A program made the position numbers and the translations under genes. The notes under the pieces were generated by a model, which worked only from the letters and a program-made list of their open reading frames with translations, searched no databases and had not been told where the DNA came from. From positions 72,481,479 through 72,518,818 of the forward strand of contig NC_068982.1 in the NCBI RefSeq assembly GCF_001194135.2: DNA of 37,340 nucleotides, in the 5' to 3' direction. This document shows, piece by piece, positions 23,375-33,970 of the stretch; position 1 is the stretch's first letter, and each line of letters begins with the position of its first letter. Source of the stretch: Octopus bimaculoides. Lineage: Eukaryota.

Positions 23375-24194
23375 NNNNNNNNNNNNNNNNNNNNNNNNNN
23401 NNNNNNNNNNNNNNNNNNNNNNNNNNNNNNNNNNNNNNNNNNNNNNNNNNNNNNNNNNNNNNNNNNNNNNNNNNNNNNNNNNNNNNNNNNNNNNNNNNNN
23501 NNNNNNNNNNNNNNNNNNNNNNNNNNNNNNNNNNNNNNNNNNNNNNNNNNNNNNNNNNNNNNNNNNNNNNNNNNNNNNNNNNNNNNNNNNNNNNNNNNNN
23601 NNNNNNNNNNNNNNNNNNNNNNNNNNNNNNNNNNNNNNNNNNNNNNNNNNNNNNNNNNNNNNNNNNNNNNNNNNNNNNNNNNNNNNNNNNNNNNNNNNNN
23701 NNNNNNNNNNNNNNNNNNNNNNNNNNNNNNNNNNNNNNNNNNNNNNNNNNNNNNNNNNNNNNNNNNNNNNNNNNNNNNNNNNNNNNNNNNNNNNNNNNNN
23801 NNNNNNNNNNNNNNNNNNNNNNNNNNNNNNNNNNNNNNNNNNNNNNNNNNNNNNNNNNNNNNNNNNNNNNNNNNNNNNNNNNNNNNNNNNNNNNNNNNNN
23901 NNNNNNNNNNNNNNNNNNNNNNNNNNNNNNNNNNNNNNNNNNNNNNNNNNNNNNNNNNNNNNNNNNNNNNNNNNNNNNNNNNNNNNNNNNNNNNNNNNNN
24001 NNNNNNNNNNNNNNNNNNNNNNNNNNNNNNNNNNNNNNNNNNNNNNNNNNNNNNNNNNNNNNNNNNNNNNNNNNNNNNNNNNNNNNNNNNNNNNNNNNNN
24101 NNNNNNNNNNNNNNNNNNNNNNNNNNNNNNNNNNNNNNNNNNNNNNNNNNNNNNNNNNNNNNNNNNNNNNNNNNNNNNNNNNNNNNNNNNNNNN
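23375..24194. other. Assembly gap (small about 10-N gaps also at 9032-41, about 28557-65 and 31933-42)
   Basis: Run of N after (AT)n. Confidence 1.
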
Positions 24195-24436
24195 CCCCCG
24201 CCAGATCTCCACACCCACGCCACCTCTACTTGTCTTTGAATGCCAATCCCACCTTGTCCACTAAAAGCTACAGCTATTGCCCTCCTTCCACTCCCACACT
24301 TTATAACTTTAGTATCGTCTTCGTCGCCGCCACCACCACCACCACCATCATCATCATCCGCTCAGCCGTTCTCCCCCATCCCTTTGCACTGGTAGTCCAA
24401 TATCTTTTGAACTCTTCCAACATTGGACCTCGAGGC

Positions 24437-24655
24437 AGTCAGTCAGTCAGTCAGTCAGTGAGTGAGTGAGCACAGCCTGACTAACCAGTGTTTATTTAGC
24501 TCTAAAGCAAATAGGCAGAAATAGCCAGCTGCCTGCCTGTCTATCTACCTACCTACCTACCTACCAACCAACCAACCAACCAACCTACCTACCTACCAAC
24601 TTACCTACTCGCCCCACCTACACACATACCTACCTACCTACCTACCTACCTACTC
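24437..24655. repeat. Tetranucleotide satellites (CAGT)n, (CCTA)n, (CCAA)n
   Basis: Visible. Confidence 0.9.
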
Positions 24656-24755
24656 TTCCTTTACACAATTGATAGGCATACACTACAACAACAATAATAA
24701 TAACTGGACTCCTCCACCTCCTGCACGCTGGCCTGGACAGAAAATTGATCAGACA

Positions 24756-24769
24756 GTTGTCATGGCAAC
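24756..24769. promoter_or_regulatory. RFX X-box motif
   Basis: GTTGTCATGGCAAC matches the GTHNYY-AT-RRNAAC consensus; a second match GTTTCCATAGTAAC lies at 25464-25477. Confidence 0.4.
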
Positions 24770-25768
24770 CAGACGTTGGATGGGGCAAGGTAGGGGATGG
24801 GAAAGAGAGAGAGAGGAAGGGAGAGAGGCATTCTTCGGCAGCTGAGCTTTTTAAAAAGCACAGCATTGTTGTGCTGGGCGAGGAAGGATCAAGGATGATT
24901 TGAAATGAAAAGAGAAGCCTGCATGCGGTTGCCAATGCAATAAAAAAAAGCATATAGAGTTACACACCTACTAAGGGAGACCTACCAAGCACTCAGAAGC
25001 CAGTATTTCTTTTCTTTTTCTAGGTACGCAAGGAATCGTTTGATCACGCGCAGTCGATCATCCTTCAAATCGTACTATACTATCTTCAAAAAGGAAAGGC
25101 ACATTGGATAATATAATCCCTAATATAAAAACCCAAGTAATGGCTGGGGCACGGCGAAGTTTTCTTCTTTCTTTTGGACCGCGCTGTGCGGTAACCAAAT
25201 TGTGCATATGGAGAGACAACACGACTGAGGTCTTTAAAATGTTTCAGATAAGGGATCTTTCCTGTTTGGCTGTCACTTTGCAATTTTTTCGATTTTTGTT
25301 CCAATTAATTTCATATTTGATGTATTGATGGAGTTTTGTTTGGTAATCATTGACATGAAATTCATTTTCGCCATGAATCAATAAATAAAGAGTTAATAAC
25401 TTTTAAAGTTTGCAAATTTTGGGTAAATTTAGCCAATCCAAAGCCACAGGCACATAGGTGTCTGTTTCCATAGTAACAAGCCAAGCTGTTTACCCACGTG
25501 GTCATTTTTCGCTTATTAAATGCTTAAAACACACGTGGTATGAGGTGTTTGTGATATATGCTTAAAATAATAGCTAAATAGGCCTTAAATCACGCACCAA
25601 TTTTTTGTGTGTGTTTGGTGAATTCCCGTGGGTAGAATACAAATTGGCAAAAATTTTCTGAAAATTCTAAAAAAAAAAAAAATACATAACTTATGGCACG
25701 CTTAAAACAGAATTCTGCCAATATTTCATTTGTTTACAGTTGACAACACGTGCAGTCACTCACAATAT

Positions 25769-25912
25769 GACAGCTTCCAGATTCTGTTTTCTGACTGGGT
25801 AAAAATGAAACCTCTAAATTTTTAAAAAGTTTTTTTTTTTCTGGAAAAAGTGAATTAGCCGATGAGATTCGGCGTGGAAAATTACACCAATACACGAAAT
25901 TTCAAATTTTCC
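25769..25912 (+). repeat. Dispersed repeat, probable DNA-transposon remnant (second copy 33421-33597)
   Basis: GACAGCT.CC..CTGA.TGGGTAAAAATGA..TTTTCTGGA..AA.TGAAT..GATT.(A/G)GCGTG.AAAATTACA shared between the two loci. Confidence 0.65.
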
Positions 25913-25929
25913 ACAGGTGCAGCCAAACA

Positions 25930-26365
25930 GAAAATATCCCAGGTGAGTTGAGTAACAGGAATGGTCTTGATCCAACAAACCTAACAGATGAGAGATTCTA
26001 AATCACACGCTCGCTGTCCTGTCACGAACAGCAGTGGATTATCTTTAAAATCGCACAATATCACCTTCAAAATGAAAGGTACATTGGATAATGTAACCCT
26101 TGATATAAAAAGGTACGTGATGGCAAGGCATGGCGAGGGTTTGGGCTGCCCTATGCAGTAGCCAATTCGAGTGTTGCTCCTCTTCTTTAAACGCAGCATA
26201 CCTCGATTACAGCAATCGCCACTCTCTCCATTCCAAAGTGGCCACCCTGCCGGATCTATAGACCACCAAGCACATCCCAAGTTATACCGCCGTATGATGG
26301 TCAGGGTGGGATGTTTTCGATAATAGTTCTGCTCAGTCATAGCTGTCTTGGAGATAAACAACAGC
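25930..26365 (+). mobile_element. SINE-like element family E (tail ending AACAACAAC; related pieces 5690-5792 and 25085-25150)
   Basis: AAAGG(T/C)ACATTGGATAAT(G/A)TAA..CCCT..ATATAAAAA is shared by about 26075 and 25093; the terminal ..GCTG.C.TGG...AAACAAC is shared with 5745-5792. Confidence 0.6.
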
Positions 26366-26689
26366 AGATTGTTCCAACAAACTTAATGGGTGATTTGGCC
26401 CTTTTACCATACTTCAGTGCAATATTATTTGTTGGACACAAAACTTCAGGTTAATAACGGACTGCGAAAGAAACGATACTTATGCCTTTTGTAAAAGACA
26501 TTGGCGACAAAACTGAAGAGAGACAACTCTATTCCGTACAGAATCGCAGCCAGAATTAATGGAAACAGTGGACATAAAAGAATTTCATTTGGAAATTTAA
26601 ACGTTCAAAATATTTCTATAACTGTTGAAGCTGTGTTCCCCCCAGAAAATGGTTTCTAATTTAGACATGAGTTCAAGAATTTTAAGTGG

Positions 26690-26868
26690 AAGAGGGATTA
26701 GTCAATACCATTGATCCCGATACCTCACTGGTACTTTATTTAATCGAATCCACAAGGATGAATGACAAACTTGACTTGGGTAGGATTTGAAACCAGAACG
26801 TAAAATGTCGGAATACTGCATGACATTTTGTCCGACGCTCTAACGATCCTGCCAGAGCTTACCGCCCT
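26690..26868 (-). mobile_element. SINE family C
   Basis: Homologous to 2801-2995; further short fragments at about 22205-22236 (-) and 30092-30125 (+). Confidence 0.75.
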
Positions 26869-26986
26869 GTCGTGCTCTTAAAAGTAAAAACGATTTTGGG
26901 TTAGTTCTTATCTTGATTTCGAAACTGTTGCTCCAGATAGCACTGAGATATCTGTGAACAAAGAAAGGCTTGAGACGGTGCCAAAA

Positions 26987-27811
26987 CACCATATTTCACA
27001 GCACGAATGACGCACTTCTTCCTCACTCTCTGGGGAGCTGAGTGATTTGATAACCTATGCCGAACAACTGATGACGGATACAGAAAGAGTACGACTCTCA
27101 ACTGAGTCCATGATTAAGATGGTACCGCCTTCCTCCTTTTCCAAAGAGAGGAAGGCAGCATTTTTCTGCGTAATAACCACATTGAAAGAAACGGTATGGA
27201 GGACGCGCTCGGAAGGAATTGCGACAGGACAGTTCATCTCCAGACGAGGGCTGGTGAACTACTTCACCGCCCATCTTGTTTCCAAGATCTGTCTGGAGAG
27301 GAGGGGCTTGTCGCAAAGAGTATTTGCCAAAAGATGGAAGGATGTCGGAAGAAAGTTGTGTATGCAAGAGGCCATGCCAACACGGTCGGACCGGGCATAG
27401 AAGGAAAAGAAATGGAAAAAGAAAAAGAAAAAAAAATCAACCGGCGGGTTAGAGGGACATCCATCCCCAACCTAAAAGTAATCAAATTTTTAAACAATAA
27501 CATCATCATATAATATATTATCCTCATGTATTAATCATTCGTTAAATCATCTGTAAAAAAGCTCAACGATCTATATGTTCCTTTTTGTTTGTCCTAGTTC
27601 GTCCCCTGTATGTATCCTATTTATTAGAAAATAAAAGAAATCACTTCTTCCTCACTCTCAAAGAAAGAGAGAGGGGGGAGCAAATCACCCCGGGTTCTAT
27701 ATACCAAGTTGTGTCTACATGACATGCTTTAATGTACTACAAACTATTTTCCCTGAACAAGCACTGCTGAAATTGGAGTGCATCTAACATGCCCGTGCAT
27801 CAAATACGGTA
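26987..27811. mobile_element. Degenerate pogo/Tigger-like MITE interrupted by the LINE above (about 200 bp without it)
   Basis: Left end CACCATATTT...GACGCAC; right end reverse complement TACCGTATTT...GATGCAC, resembling TACCGTATTT-type pogo TIRs. TIRs are imperfect. Confidence 0.45.
27031..27641 (+). mobile_element. 5'-truncated non-LTR retrotransposon, L1/Tx1-like ORF2 C-terminus plus 3' UTR
   Basis: Perfect 18-bp TSD CACTTCTTCCTCACTCTC at 27013-27030 and 27642-27659; A-rich tail AAAATAAAAGAAAT. Open frame to 27400 (LSDLITYAEQL..RVRLSTESMIKMVPP..AAFFCVITTLKETVWRTR..LVNYFTAHL..ERRGLSQRVFAKRW) resembles the region after the zinc-finger in L1/Tx1 ORF2. The clade call is from memory. Confidence 0.75.
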
Positions 27812-28334
27812 CTTTAAAAAGAAATTAGTACCTTGCTCCAGTTTTATTGAATATTCAAGAGTATATACCTAGTATCTTATTCAATACCTGCAAAAGTTTG
27901 ATAGATTAAAAAAAAGAGTGACTCGGGAGCGAGTATGGATAATTGTTTTAGGTACCTATATAATCGTGAGCAGACACAGACACCCTCTCCATCTGCTTAA
28001 CGTTGACTCAGCGAAACGCAGAAAGAGGCTGATATTCCTTACAGCTAGGTAGACTTGGAGCATCGTGAAATAATGTGCCTTGCTCAAGGACATAGCCCAC
28101 CGCTCGGTTCAGGAATTGAACTCTCGATCTTATGCGATCATGAGCCGAACACCCTCATTATTTGGCCACACGCCTTTAACTGAGGTAAAATTACATACCT
28201 TGTCTAACAAATACGGCGAGATTGACACAAGATTTGAAACCAAGATTTACATAATTGGCTGTCTAATAAAAAGCCACATCCTTTTGATTATTTTGTTCAT
28301 ATATTTCAAATGGGTAACAATAGAATGGATATCT

Positions 28335-28762
28335 AGGCACAGGCGTGGCTGTGTGGTAAGAAATTTGCTTCCCAACTACATGGTTCTGCGTTCAGTCCCA
28401 ATACGTGGCACCTTGGGCAAGTGTCTTCTACTATAGCTCCGGGCCGACCAAATCCTTTGTTAGATGGAAACTAAAATGAAACCTGTTGTGTATGTATATA
28501 TGTATGTGTATATATATATATATATTGTGTGTGTGTGTGTTTGTATGCCCCCCCCNNNNNNNNNNCCCCCCAGTGCCACTTGACAACCAGTGTTGGTGTG
28601 TTTACGTCCCTGCAACTAAGCAGTTTGGCAAGAGGGAGTGATAGAATAAGTACTAGGCTTTAAAAAATAAGTACTCAAGTCGATTCATTCGACTGGAAAT
28701 TCTTCAAGGTGGTGCCTAAGCATGGCCACAGTCTAATGACTGAAACAGGTAAAAGATAAAAG
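28335..28762 (+). mobile_element. tRNA-headed SINE, family A
   Basis: Same head, body and tail; spans a small N gap. Confidence 0.88.
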
Positions 28763-31169
28763 ATCTTCAGTACGTAAAACGAAATAATTTATTTTAAATC
28801 GATACTTAAAAACCTTCACTAATTCATATATAACATATAAATATTCAGACGTTTCATGAAATGGATGTACATCACCGTCAATGTATAAAAAAAGAAAGAA
28901 AAGAAATGAAATTAAAAAAAGAAAAGTAATAATATCGCAAGTGATGAATTTTGCTCTGCTTTCCCCTCCGTCTTCCTTTGCAGTGAAGCGTGTGTGTGTT
29001 AAAACAGCCATCCACTGCAGCTGTCAATGCAAACGCATACACACACAGAGTCTATAAATACAGAATTTATTGCAATTTAGAAGAGATACAACGAATGAAA
29101 CGGAGCTGACACATGGATGTTATAGAGTGAAGAGGACACAAGATGAATAGACAATCGAGTGAAATGGTTTCACTAATGCAATTGAGTGGGCAATAAGTGT
29201 ATGTGTGAGGAATTAGGTAACAACGACATGGCTTAACTCTTCACAACGACAAATAATTAAATAATTATCTCATTTTTGCAATGACCACAAACGACAAGAT
29301 GTTAATACCACAATTAAAATTATGTTTAAATCAGACGACTGTCTTTGAAATTGAAGACGTGAGCTATACTTAAAAAAGGTAAGTATAATGTTTCTGGTGG
29401 ATAAATGTTATGGATTTCAAATACAAACTACTTTACCATTGTATTGTGGCGAGGCAATCGCTTATCCGTCGAGAACAGGTGCTAAATCTTTCCAGAGTGT
29501 TACCTGCAAACGTGTTTAATGGTAGCCCCTTAATGTCACAAGTCATCAACTTGCTTTTAAAGCTGAGAATCAATTCGCCTATTTTGACAATGTTCTTGGG
29601 AATTGGTTAGGTGTCACAAACATTCACCATCATTTATCACATCAATGTCAAGTTCCTTTTCTATGATCCATACACACAATCTGTGTGTGTGTGTGTAGAA
29701 ATGCAATAGGGGTCCATTAAACCGGATATAAATGCAATCAGAACAATTCTATGTTACATATAGCACATATAGTTACTTTCCGGCCTTACACCTGGGCTAC
29801 GCCAGGTGTTCTGCTGCCATATATCTACGTATTCTTTACAGGAAACAAATTAACAGTGACTTCGAGGTTTTAACTGTTATTTGTCTTTCTAATATCTTCG
29901 ATATTATTTATTCACAGCCATCGGAACGCGAGCGCAAGTTCGTGAGATGGCTGTGATTTGTAAATAGTTTTGAGTAGGAATCGGAAAGAGAAATATGAAA
30001 ACGTAATGCGCATGTGCATACCGGATACGTAAAAACGGAAGATAATAAAAACGCAATGCGCAAGTCAAACATGTTATATGATGGTCTGTAAAGGCGCGAG
30101 TTGGCAGAAACGTTAGCATGCCTCCGTGTTTTTCTAGTTGTACGTAAGTCAGTTTGACGGTATTTTTCACAGTGTTAACATCGTTTATTTTGTGTCAGTG
30201 TTTTAAACACTTTGTTAATTGTTTTTGTGCTGCTTTGCAGCAATTTGTTTGTGCTTTCTCTCCTATTTTGAGGAGAGTTAGCTATGGAGAAAAAGAAGTC
30301 AATTTTACAAGTAATTTCTCATTTGAATTTCTTGGAAACATTGCATATCTCTACAACTTTATTTTCCTTACTTTTTTCTTACACATTTATTATCATTTAT
30401 AGTGTTTGTTTTCTTCCTGCTTTTTTAATACTAATAGTATTTTATTTCAAGCTTGGTTCAGTTGCTGATGAAGTTTTGTGTTGAAACCTTTTTGGTAGTA
30501 GGAGTTGCTCTTATTATTACAGATTATGCTTCATTGTCCTTTTTTTTCAGTAAACATTCTTCATTTATTCATCATAGTTTTTAAATATTAAATGCACATT
30601 CTGTTAGCAACTGCTTAGCAATATTTCATCTTATAGCTGGCTGCTTTAAATTTTCAACTGTTGCATGCCTTGCAGGAGTTCGACTAAGAAATATTTCATT
30701 GCTTTAACAACAGTAAATATACTTTTAGTATTTTTCTTTTCAACTAAGATTACATTATTTTGTATCTGGGGAGATTCATTTTGTCTTAATACCTTATCTA
30801 ACACACTCACCGGTTCGATTTCCACTCATTTATGACTCTCCCCGGACACAACATAGTCTGGTTCAACACACGAATTCACATAAAGAATCTTGCAAACCAG
30901 ATAAAAAAACCAAGTAAAATTACATTGCTATTAAAAAGCTAAATATTGGCTTGCTTCGCTTCACTTTCATTTTGCATGTAACAATACATTATATAACTGC
31001 ATGTTGTATATAAACAAACAATACACTTCTTTCGCTTGGTTTGTATCAAAAGGGCGTCAAAATGTAAATGAGATGGGCTTAATTTTTTACTACACATAAA
31101 CGTAGATATTATGTTTAGTAACGAATGCTAACCGAATTAAAATGCATCAAAGTGCGTGTGTGTATATAT

Positions 31170-31458
31170 ATGACGGACTCTCCCGTCGAAGACAGTGTAT
31201 GATAGTTCAGCCTTTGGCGAACGATCTGCACAAATGATTTGCTTATAGTAATCAAATGCTCGTGCTGCACATTAGCTCACCCGATCAAATCGACGTTATC
31301 TGAACAGGGACACAACGCGTCAGGTGTTGAAGTGTTCGCAGAGTAACGTGAGATGAAGTCTTTCCCTCAAGAACACAAATATATCACCCGGTCCTAGGAA
31401 TCGAAATCACTACCTAGCGATCGTGAGTGCAGCACCCTAACCACTAGGCCATGCGCCT
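31170..31458 (-). mobile_element. SINE with family-D-type head and a distinct body (related copy 5400-5560; head fragment 28035-28176)
   Basis: CAAGAACAC..GGAATCGAAA..GTGAGTGCA..CCCTAACCACTAGGCCATGCGCCT head on the minus strand in all three. Confidence 0.7.
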
Positions 31459-31805
31459 ATACTGAAATTTATTGGCAGTATTTAAGTAGTGATTTTTCAG
31501 TGCTTTATAAATCCACGTTCTTTTAACATAATTGCATTTCATTACGTTTTCCTCTGTTTGCGTTCTACCTTCCTTCATGTTGCATGTCTTGCCAGCGTTC
31601 TTCCCGCATGCATGTCATATGTATACTTAAGCATATACACTATAGAAATAAAGGATATAAGGATATCAAATCAATGTAAAACATGCTATTTTAAAATTAG
31701 CATGTTTGCACTAGTGTGGGTATGTGTTTGTATATCTATCTATTCCAAAAACATTCCAATAAATCACATTTTTGTTTACTTTTGTAAAATAAGATATCGC
31801 AAACA

Positions 31806-31869
31806 TTTCACGTTCCCGTTCATCGGACAGTTTTGTTGGAAAAACTGTCCGATGAACGGGAACGTGAAA
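31806..31869. repeat. Perfect 29-bp inverted repeat with 6-nt spacer
   Basis: TTTCACGTTCCCGTTCATCGGACAGTTTT (31806-31834), spacer GTTGGA, then the exact reverse complement at 31841-31869. Confidence 0.97.
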
Positions 31870-31883
31870 CTCCGAGTAACAGT
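31844..31883 (+). ncRNA. Minimal type I hammerhead ribozyme motif (U4C core variant, GUA site)
   Basis: Stem I ACTGT(31844-48)/ACAGT(31879-83); core CCGATGA(31849-55); stem II ACG/CGT closed by a GGAA (GNRA) tetraloop; GAAA(31866-69); stem III ACTC-C-GAGT; NUH = GTA(31876-78). Confidence 0.65.
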
Positions 31884-31942
31884 CTTTTGTTATATTTCTG
31901 CTGCTTTTAAATAAAGTGTATATATATATATANNNNNNNNNN

Positions 31943-31995
<53 letters not shown>

Positions 31996-33620
31996 CACAC
32001 ACACACACACACACACTTTTGGTTATATCTATATATAGCTAAATGTGACTATATTCAGAACGTTACATCACCTATTGCTCAAGCTAATTGATACATAATG
32101 AAGTTTAAATCTATAATAATGCTGCACTTTTCTAAGTTACCGTTTAGGTTAGGGGTTTTAATTGAACGGGAATGACAGTGAAATCCTACAAATTCATGTC
32201 AACGATCTATGTAATATAACCAATTTATAGAACGTGAATTGACAAGAACAGTGTCACCACTCCGTGAATTCTTTCTGTAACAGCTCAGTACTGGTACAGG
32301 ATTATTGCATTGCTCATATGTAGCTGTAGTGGTTATCATGCGTCGACATACAAGCCTCTAAATTGCCTTATCAGTGGTGTTGATCGTTGCAGGGGGCAGG
32401 GTACAAAGAACGGTGTACCTCAGTTGTTATTTCTGGAATACTTCAGATATCAATAGACAGTATTGTACAAGTAGGTGACTGTGGACATGATATAACGAAG
32501 GAGTCTTGTTAATAAAATTAAGGGATTTCACCAGTTCTCTTTACAGACTGTATACGTCGTTTGTTAGGATCATAGGTTGAATGTTGAGGAGTATGAGTAC
32601 GTAAGTCTGTATAAAGAATACTCAATTATTGCAGCACAGTAACATCAATATAAGCAATAGTCAGTGCAATATGGGTAGCTGAGCACTGGGTGATTGCTGG
32701 GGTACATATTTGCGGTACAAGCAGAATCTTTGATCGCTGACCTGTGCTGTAGAGGATAAATCCGTAATAAGCGCAACATGGTTCACAATTGAACGTACCT
32801 TGTTATACCGGATCAGTTGTCAATGAATCCGTGATAAACGAGGCTGTACGTTGTGATAGTAATATGTTTATATTTCGTAGGCGTATTCAGAAAATCGCCT
32901 CCCACGTGGTTGCGTTCTGTTTTATTCAAACATGAAGTGCAACAAATGTTTAAGAGAAGATTCTTAAAACCCTTTTTTTTTTATACATTAAAAAAAAAAA
33001 ACCTTTGGATTTATGTTTTGAACAACAGGCATTTAGGAGTGTATGTATGTGTGTAAAACACGGAAAGGCTTTGATTTTCGAAATCTACGTCCCAAGGTTT
33101 TCGATTATTATTGATAAAAAAAATGTAATTTCTATGAGAAATGACTCAACTTTTGAATAAGAAATCTACCTCTTTGTCTTTTATGCATCCCCCTCTCTCT
33201 GCATATGTATCTCTCTCACGCATGCTGCTCCCATCTCTCTTAATATGACGCATTGCAGTATCAAGAGCGTCTGTCTAAGCTCTATGTAAATTATTTACAT
33301 GCCTGTTCGACCGTGACTTTATTCATTAAAACTTCTTGCAACGTCCGTCGTTGTAATGTTTTGCTTTCCTTTTGTTTCAAACTTTCTCGTCGTAAATGTT
33401 TTTGCTTTCATTTTGTGATGGACAGCTACCACGCAGAAAATGCTAGCCTCCAAATCTGATTGGGTAAAAATGACCAAACTTTAAACCTTTGTAACATTTT
33501 TCTAAACTTTTCTGGATTAAATGAATCACAAAATCGGATTTAGCGTGAAAAATTACATCAATATAGAAAATGTTCATTTAATTTTAAAATTTTCAAAATC
33601 TGTGAGGCTAACAGAAAAGA

Positions 33621-33970
33621 TCCCTCTCTCTATCTGTCTGTCTCTATCTTTTACGCTTTTCTCAGTGTAAACTTTCCTTTTCTCTATAGTTACTACACTC
33701 TCTCTCAATCTTTCTCTCTGTGAGAGAGAGAGAGAGGAATTGCATTAGAGCGATAGTCGAAACAGCTTCACAAAGCATCAGCCGTGTACTTAGAAAAATC
33801 TTTATATCTATGCGAGTCAAATTAAAAAAAAAAACAACTTTGTTTATCGAGACATAAATTAACCTCAATGAAGAGGCCTATCCATCGCAGAATACATGGA
33901 ATAAAAGAAATATTGAAATAAAGGCATCCTATTTTGAAAATTACCTGGCAACGACGGGCTACTCGGCTAG
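33621..33970 (+). mobile_element. Non-autonomous Helitron-like element (3' end well supported, 5' end tentative)
   Basis: Subterminal hairpin CCTGGC-AAC-GACGGG (33944-58) followed by CTAG|T (33967-71), the canonical Helitron 3' signature; candidate A|TC 5' end at 33620/21. Confidence 0.6.

Noticed and set aside
21634-24223. Long ORFs 21634-22233, 21734-22201, 23306-24223 and 23325-24218
   Set aside because: Read-through of N gaps; artefacts.
25981-26361. 126-aa minus ORF
   Set aside because: Spans a SINE tail and its insert; no recognisable motif.
27068-27092. CTGATGA...GAAA hammerhead-like string
   Set aside because: Lies in the LINE ORF; no stem II, III or I pairing.
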